Assembly (NCBI GenBank): GCA_030167865.1
Contig: JALAGF010000255.1
Coordinates: 1-51,839, forward strand
Reading direction: 5' to 3'
Origin: Craspedostauros australis
Taxonomy: Eukaryota
DNA: 51,839 nucleotides
The notes below the pieces were generated by a model, which was given only the letters and a program-made list of their open reading frames with translations, did no database searches and was not told the origin of the DNA. Positions 44,804 through 51,839 of this stretch are shown in pieces (the first letter of the stretch is position 1; each line of letters begins with the position of its first letter). Position numbers and translations under genes: made by a program.

Positions 44804-47182
44804 TTAGCGTTCGGCAATCTTGCGGTACTTCAATGCCAAGTAGGCCATGTAGCGTGGCACGACGCCCAGCACGATGAGCATGCCGATATGGAACCCGAGC
44901 GTCGCTTCGACGTCCAGGAATTCCAACAAGTCATCCTTGGCTACGATGGTGCCGACGCCACCTGCGCATAGATCTTGCAGGTTGCCGCTGCCATCGCATC
45001 GCATGTCGCGGTCGAAAATGACGAAACGGGAGGCGTCGAAGGCGTACTTGAACGGGCTGAGGTACTTGGCCCATTCAACGAAAGCCGGAATATTCTCAAC
45101 GTAGAATCCTCCCATGAGCATGGTGGTCAAGGTGAGGACGGTGGCGATGGTCAAGGCACGGTCCATGCGGTCGATGGAGGCTCCGATGAGAAGTCCCATC
45201 GACTCTCCGGCCACGACGGACAGGAGGGAGATCAGCGTGCTGGACAGAAAGACCGTGAACTTGGAGCTGATGCCGGCCATCCAGAAGGAGATGATCATGT
45301 AGAGGGTTGGCAGGATGAGTCGCGTGGGAGCTTCGCTGGTCGTCTTGGCAAGGAAGTAGGCGCTGAGGTGGTAGGACGAGCTGGCACGCTCCTTGGCGAT
45401 GATGGCCTTCTCCATGGGGAACGCCATGAGGGCGCCGAACATACTGTCGAAGACCCAGTAGGTCATCGTGAAGAAGATGTAGGACGAGCGGTCGTGGACC
45501 GTCTCCTCCGTGTAGTCCAATCGAAACCACAACAGACCGGCAACAATACCAAGCACTGCGGACTTGATGAGGTTGAGGGGCGTGAAGATGGCCGTTCTGG
45601 AGTTCTTCATGGCGCGGTGCGTGAGGACGCGGTACTGGGTCATCCAGCTCGTGCCGTACTTGGATCCCTCCATGCCGGATCCCGAAGCTCCGTGGTCGGA
45701 GGCTCCGAGGGTGGATTCCCGCTTGGGCTCGTTCTGCACCTGGTCTTCGATCTGCTTGGAGACGACTTCGCCATCCCATGCAGCGATGAGCAGGTCGCGG
45801 TTGGTGACACCGGCGAGGTCGGTCGAGGCGGACTTTTGGGTGCTTTCGCGCGATCCGGCACCCACGTTGGAGCCCTTCTTGCGACGGCGCAGCGTCGCGC
45901 CCTGGTTCTCCTCGTCGTTGTCGTTGTTGCTGCCTTCCTCGCTTTGGTTGGGCGAGTCATTTTCGTCGAAGGTGGTGGTGACGAGGAAGGGGTTGGTGCC
46001 GTTGGCCTCCTCATCGACCTCGTCAGTGTTGTCGGCGACGAGCAGATCCATCCAGTGGTCGGCGAGGTTGTATCCCTCGGGGCATGCCATGCCTTGGTCC
46101 TTGAGGTAGGGGATGGACTTTTGCGGCGTGCCGAAGTAGACCACGTTTCCCGATGCCATCATGAGCAAGCGGTCGAAGCTGAGGAAGAGGCCCGAGCTGG
46201 GCTGGTGGATGCTGACGATGACCGTCTTGCGCTGGTAACGTGCCAGATTCTGCAGGATCTTGACCAGCGCGACGGCGTTGGTGGAGTCGAGCCCGGAGGT
46301 CGGCTCATCCAGCAGGAGGCAGGATGGGTTGGTGAGGAGCTCCGTGCCGATGTTGACGCGCTTCCTCTCTCCGCCGCTGAGCATTCCGATGGGAGAGTTC
46401 TGTACCTTGGTGAGGCGCAGCAGGCGGATGATGTTGTCCACCTTGTCGAGCTTCTGCTGCCTCGCCCATTCTTGCGGCAGACGCAGGAAGGCCGTGTAGG
46501 CGAGCTGGTCGCGCACGCTGAGGTCGTTGAAGAAGATATCCTGCTGTCGGACGTAGGCTACCTGCGAGACGAACCGCTTCATGGCGCTGCTGGAGTTGGA
46601 CACCGGGCGGCCATTGACGGAGATGACTCCGCTCTCCAACGAGAGGCGGCCGCTGAGGGCGTTGAGCAGGGTGGTCTTGCCACTTCCGGACGGGCCCAAA
46701 AGCGCCAGCACCTCACCTGGGGCCGCGAAGGCGGAAACCTGGTTGAGAATGACCTTGGAGGTCGGACCGGCCGAGGAGCGTCTGCCACCGGGGGCGTCGC
46801 CACCATCTTCGGCCTTCGCGGGACCTGCGATGGAGCTCCTCATGAGACCCGCCTGGTTGTCCTGCACCATCACGACCTTCTTCAATCGGCTCCAGCGCAG
46901 GATGATTGACGAATCTGGTGCTCCAGCGGCAGTCTCCGGTGCTGCAGCGGGGCCCTTGTTGGATGCCTCGTCGCTTGGGGCCGCGTCCGGGACGGCACGG
47001 TTCGATGCCTGCACCGGAATGACATCATCATGGTTGGTGGACCCAAAGATGATCTCTTCTTCTTGCACGGTGCCCACAATGTTCCCCAGGCCTTCGCTGT
47101 GTCGGATCTCGAGATCTTCGCCATCAGTGTGGGTGCTGATGTCGGCATTGGGGCTTGCGTCTTCCTCCATCGTTGAACTCAT
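44804..47182 (-). CDS. ABCG (White-type) half ABC transporter, NBD-TMD, intronless
   Basis: Walker A GPSGSGKTT, signature LSGGERKRV, Walker B LLLDEPTSGLD, H-loop SIHQP, CPEGYNLADH, KERASSSY, C-terminal TM helices. Likely ATG at 47182. Confidence 0.95.
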   Translation of the reverse strand: MSSTMEEDASPNADISTHTDGEDLEIRHSEGLGNIVGTVQEEEIIFGSTNHDDVIPVQASNRAVPDAAPSDEASNKGPAAAPETAAGAPDSSIILRWSRLKKVVMVQDNQAGLMRSSIAGPAKAEDGGDAPGGRRSSAGPTSKVILNQVSAFAAPGEVLALLGPSGSGKTTLLNALSGRLSLESGVISVNGRPVSNSSSAMKRFVSQVAYVRQQDIFFNDLSVRDQLAYTAFLRLPQEWARQQKLDKVDNIIRLLRLTKVQNSPIGMLSGGERKRVNIGTELLTNPSCLLLDEPTSGLDSTNAVALVKILQNLARYQRKTVIVSIHQPSSGLFLSFDRLLMMASGNVVYFGTPQKSIPYLKDQGMACPEGYNLADHWMDLLVADNTDEVDEEANGTNPFLVTTTFDENDSPNQSEEGSNNDNDEENQGATLRRRKKGSNVGAGSRESTQKSASTDLAGVTNRDLLIAAWDGEVVSKQIEDQVQNEPKRESTLGASDHGASGSGMEGSKYGTSWMTQYRVLTHRAMKNSRTAIFTPLNLIKSAVLGIVAGLLWFRLDYTEETVHDRSSYIFFTMTYWVFDSMFGALMAFPMEKAIIAKERASSSYHLSAYFLAKTTSEAPTRLILPTLYMIISFWMAGISSKFTVFLSSTLISLLSVVAGESMGLLIGASIDRMDRALTIATVLTLTTMLMGGFYVENIPAFVEWAKYLSPFKYAFDASRFVIFDRDMRCDGSGNLQDLCAGGVGTIVAKDDLLEFLDVEATLGFHIGMLIVLGVVPRYMAYLALKYRKIAER

Positions 47183-49631
47183 CTTGTCAGACCTTCGTTT
47201 GATTGTTTGTTTGATTGTTTGATTGCTTGTGATGTTGAGTGGTTGAGTGAGTGTTGGTTGGGTGAGTGAGTTTGTGCACGGAGGCAATCGTATTGGTATG
47301 GTAGATCGTTCTGGCACGGGCTACGAGTGTGTGCGATTCAGAAAGCGTCGTTGTTGTTGCTTCTGCGATTGTGGTTGTGATCGGTGATGGGCGCAAGGCG
47401 AATTCGGTGGATGCAACTCTGGTGATGTGAGGAATCAATGAGAAAGACAAGTTGAACACAGGCAAATCGTGGAGCCCCGTTGCCGTGGTGAGTTGTACGC
47501 GGGCCTGTGCACGATTGAGGGCACTTGGTTGGTGTTTGGACGATCGTGGGGTGACGGAGATGGTAATGACCCTGTTGTGACTGCGGCTTCTCTCGTCTTT
47601 CTCCTCTTTCCTTCTCTCTCCTCGGCACGTGGAGGTTTCGTGCAGAGGTTGGCGCGACAAGGCCACGCAAGAGCTCTTTCGGACGCTCCTGGCTTCGTTC
47701 TTGTCCGGATGCGTGTGCGACTTGCTTGGATGCAAGTATCACGCAACAGCGGGCCGCTCTCTGTTCCTCTCTGTTGCGTGTGGCACATCGCTTGTGTGCT
47801 GCAGAGTACGGTATTTCGCTTTCTGTGCGTGCCTGTTGGGCGCAGCGACAGTGGAATGGGGGTGGTGGTTACGGGAAGCACAAGTATTCTACGAACTGCA
47901 CGATCGCAAGGGAGCACAAGAGCGTTGCATGCGCCCACATCGATGGGAAGAAGAACGTCTTTCCTGTTCCATGAGCGTGATGTGGACCGTGCAACAACAG
48001 AGCAGTTCCTACCGCTGACTTGGTGTGAAGGACTTTCTGTTGCGTGGTATTAGGGTACTAGAGGACTCTTCGCACTCTATTTCCGACAACTTTGTTGTCG
48101 TGGATTGTTTTGGCGCGCAAAGTCAAACACTTGCAAGCCGTGCCAAGCTGTTGACATGGTGAGCAACTGAAGGGCCTTTTGTCGAGTTCGTTTTGGGCAG
48201 CGGCTTCCTTACCTACTCCCCACGCTCGTCCATCATGTTTTGGTGAGTCATTTGACAAAGTCACATGCAACGAAACCGCCATGTCAACTTCGCATCGAGT
48301 TTGTCATTGGCGGGATTGCTGTTCTTGCAAGCCAGAGTTAGCCAGAGTATACATGTACAAAACTAGAGATGGATGTGCTGCTCAGAACTTGGTATCGACG
48401 CCTCTCGTTCAATGGCGCCCAAACATGGTGGCCCCAAGGTGTTGTGGTGAGCACTGCTCGTAGCTCGCAGAGTGGTACAACGTCGTCGAGCAGAGAGGCT
48501 CGATTGACAAACGAGTTGAAAATAGGGCAGAGTAAAGCCTTCTGCTCACAATGAGTCTGGTCACAACAGGTGTACTTGCAGCACCGGCCACTGTTGCAGA
48601 AGTGGGTGCATTTTGTGTCAAGTCACCATGATTCTCGTCTTCGACAGTCGCTGTCATTTGAGGTCCTCCACGCAGTGGCCTCTATGGTCCTTTTTCGCGC
48701 GCTGTGGTACCGACACTCAACTCTATTCTATTCCACTCTGCAATACACAGTATATTATGCCACACTATATTTTACAATATGTAGTCGTATGTGTACTCGT
48801 AGCTGTGGCCGTCTTGGCTCCAGCACAGTGAAGTATGACTACTCACAATCGAAGACGTTTTGCAAGATCCAAGAGAGTTGGACCGGGAGTTGCGGTGATC
48901 TATTCATTCGTGCCACAATTATCCAGGTGAAACCGTTAAAATGGTGTTACGATGCGAACACGGGTGTCGCTTGCTAATATGAGCAACCAACATTGGAGCA
49001 AAGCAATGCATGCGTACGATTCGATAAGCCTCATAATCTGCATCTGTATGGCTTTGCCACCTCTGTTTTGGGTTTCATGCGTGTATTGACTTGAAATGAT
49101 TCCAACACAACACAACAGGACAGGTAACTTAGAGAAGGGAAATGAGCACTTGCGCAAAAATGTCTCCACCACCTCGATTCGACCGGCTACAATCAGAACA
49201 GAAGTCCGCCTAGATCCATGCCTGTTCCAAGCGATACAGAGAGTGCTTGCGCGCTCACCACCCATTATCATCCCGTCACACACACGCCGAATGGTGAATG
49301 TGGACAGCGTGTGTTATGCATGCGCTGCCTGCGGAGTATGGCGGTGACCAAACTGTTCAATCAGAAGTATCATACTGGAAATAGATAGCAAAGCAAGGCA
49401 CGTTTGAGACAAAGAGTACCCGTGCGAGCTGCTCGAAGAGTTTCTTGCGTCACGCTAGTTGACTGTTTTCTGTTTATCGCACGAATTCTTTTGGGACCGC
49501 TCCTGGTCCGAATTCATGAAGGTCAAAGCTCTGGACGAGATGTGTGGTGGAGATGGACGTGCCGGGTCTGATGCCTGTATATTCGCATTGAGTGAAACTC
49601 AGCAGGGTGTCATCGCTTGAGTTTCTCCTTC

Positions 49632-51192
49632 CTATTCGTCTTGAATGCGTGGAAAGACAGGATTCTCCACCACCTTCAGCCACCCATTGTCGTAGAGTGT
49701 GTCGTAGCGAACGGAGCATATGAAAAGAACGGCCAGCATGCGATTGAGTTCACAAAGATCCTCCACAGCCAACATCTTCAAGTATCCAAGTTGCTCCGAA
49801 GTCGTGCATTCGCCGATGTCAACACTGTTCATGTTGGCTCTTGCATCGACCAAAAAGTCGTTCTCCAAGCTTGCCTGTTTCGCCGCCTCCATTAGGTAGA
49901 TCTTTGCATTGTTTCCTGCCTCGCGAGAGTCGGACCGATACTTTTGTGCGATCTTCCTCTCATCCTCACCCGCCTTTCGCAATCCAGCAACGGGTTCAAG
50001 CACTGCTGCAGCCCTAGCTCTGTATGCGACAGCCAGGTTCTTTGCAGCCGCAATCTCGTCATAGACATCATCTTCGGGCTTGATATTCTCAGCAATCGCC
50101 TCGGCTTCCTTGGCAAGCACCTTGGCTTCCTTGGCACACCTCTCGGCTTCCCCGACACACTTCTTGGCCTGCCTGCCGAGCTTCTCGGCTTGCCTGGCCT
50201 TCTTCCTCAACTTGGTCTTGATCGACAGCTGCTTGTTTGCTTTGTCTCTGGCTTCCTTTGCTTCGGTCTTGGCGAGCTTCGATGCAGCGAAATTCTTCTT
50301 TGCTTTGGCGAAGTGGTCCAGTTCGTCCTCCATGCCGTTTCTTGCTTGCTTCTCCGAAGGCGCGGGGCCATCGACAAAGGCTTTCGCGCGCGTGTACCTG
50401 CCTACCGTGATCTGCACATTACCCCAGGTCTCAAATGCCGAGTCCTGGTATATGTTCACTTCATCCAAGAGCTTGAACTGTCGAACGTTCTGGGCGAACC
50501 TGTCGGAACCATTCGAGCTCTCGGTGGAAACTCTGAGCCCGAGTTTCTCGACAACGTCCAGAGCAGACTTAATTGAGTCCAATAGATCTTTCGGGATTGT
50601 CCCATGTTCGGTGCAAATGAATATTTTCTGCGATGTGCGATTTGCACGGCGATGAAAGGAAACGATGTTCGTTGCAAGAATCGCATGTTGCAGTGGATGG
50701 TGAGATATCGTCCAGCGCCCCCCAAACCCATCGATGTGGCTATCGACAAACACACCTCCCGGATCTCCGAAAATAGGATCACTTCACGATCCACGAATGC
50801 AACACCGTGGCCAGCACGCATCAACATTCACATCTGTGCAGCAATGATCGCTGCACGTCGACCTCATAGAATCATGTACTTACGTCGATACCGATTCTCA
50901 GCTCCGATCGAAGCTTCGACATGTCATCTTTGCCTCCCCCAGCTGCATATTCAAAGTTGAGGCCTTTCCCAAACACATCGAGGTTTTCCGTTCGCTCTTT
51001 TGTTGCTTCGAGTGCAGATGGACTGGCACGGAATGACACAGCGATCGATGCTGGCTGAGCACGACGAGCCATAGTGATGGATGGAGTCAATCCCACCGGA
51101 AATCCGTCAACGCTGGTGTTGCCACTGTCGTTCTGAATGCTGAACGCAGTCACCATGGCGAAGGCGAGAGAGGGGATAGAGAGGAGCTTCAT
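49632..51192 (-). CDS. Hypothetical Ala/Lys/Glu-rich coiled-coil protein with a signal peptide; probable exons 51192-50884 and 50627-49632
   Basis: MKLLSIPSLAFAMVTA-FS presequence. Donor GAC|GTAAGT at 50883 and in-phase acceptor CGCAG| at 50628. Long heptad-like region AKTEAKEARDKA..AKEAEAIAE. The exon structure is tentative. Confidence 0.55.
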
Positions 51193-51839
51193 CTTGATGG
51201 TTGGTTGGCTGAATGTTGGCTGATTATTGGTGTTGGCTAGTTGATGTTGGATCGTTGAAGGTTGTTGGTTGATCGTGAACAACCGTTGGTGGCTCTCCGT
51301 GTGATTTCTCTCTGATTGCTCAGATTTTGATTTTGTGAGGACAAGGGATCTGCCCGAACGATCTCTGTTTTAGCCACATCATGTGCTCCTGTTTCGCAGG
51401 TCGTATGTACGCAACACGTGGGGACAGCCCTGTTTTCTGACCAATACGTGGTCTTCGGCCTCTGTTGTCGCCAAGCCATGACTACCGTCTGTATCTGCAT
51501 GGCATGGCATGCCATAGCCATGATCACGGATGGGATAGCATAGCGAATGAATGCAAGATCATGTACTTTTTGCAAGATCATGTATGCGGTTTGGATGGCA
51601 TGGGGCGTTTGCATAATAGATACAGGAAGGGCAACGATGATCACATGCTGCATAACGGATCAGTTCCGAGAAACATTTCATTCAGACTGACCTGCCGAGG
51701 CCGACCCATCCGCTGTGCAAGGATTGATCGTGTGGGTTTGATCTGCTGAGAGGAACATAGTCCGACAGTATCCTGGCGATGCTGCAGGAGCGTTTCTCTC
51801 TGTTGTGTCAGCTCCTGTGATGGGTCGATGTCGAGTCGA

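Noticed and set aside
44975-46909. 644-aa plus-strand ORF
   Set aside because: Antisense shadow of the ABCG gene caused by codon bias; no motifs.
13934-47182. Extending the sulfur cluster to include rhodanese, frataxin and ABCG
   Set aside because: They are separated by unrelated genes (RING, AP2 sigma, LRR proteins) and imply different compartments; nothing links them beyond theme.

Overview
This is eukaryotic nuclear DNA, most likely from a diatom or related ochrophyte. That assignment rests on GT-AG introns of about 160-350 nt, a diatom-type LRR N-cap, a bipartite-like 'VTA-F' presequence and families known to be expanded in diatoms. I can support 13 protein-coding genes. In order: HSF transcription factor, stand-alone COG3899-like STAND/AAA ATPase, rhodanese, TM-RING-H2 E3 ligase, AP-2 sigma, sulfotransferase-like type II membrane protein, SLC13/DASS symporter, processive GT2 synthase, RanGAP-like LRR giant, divergent frataxin, a secreted mosaic LRR protein, ABCG half-transporter, and an unknown coiled-coil protein that may be plastid-targeted. 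I found no rRNA, tRNA, CRISPR array or intact mobile element. Two leads stand out. The first is a ~1,460-aa secreted protein joining a silacidin-like Asp tract, a silaffin-like Lys/Ser/Gly tract, mucin-like repeats and an LRR domain. The second is the adjacent sulfotransferase-like, SLC13 and GT2 genes, which could be a sulfated-polysaccharide locus; the GT2 also carries an unexpected C-terminal helical domain. All family calls are by motif recognition only; no searches were run.
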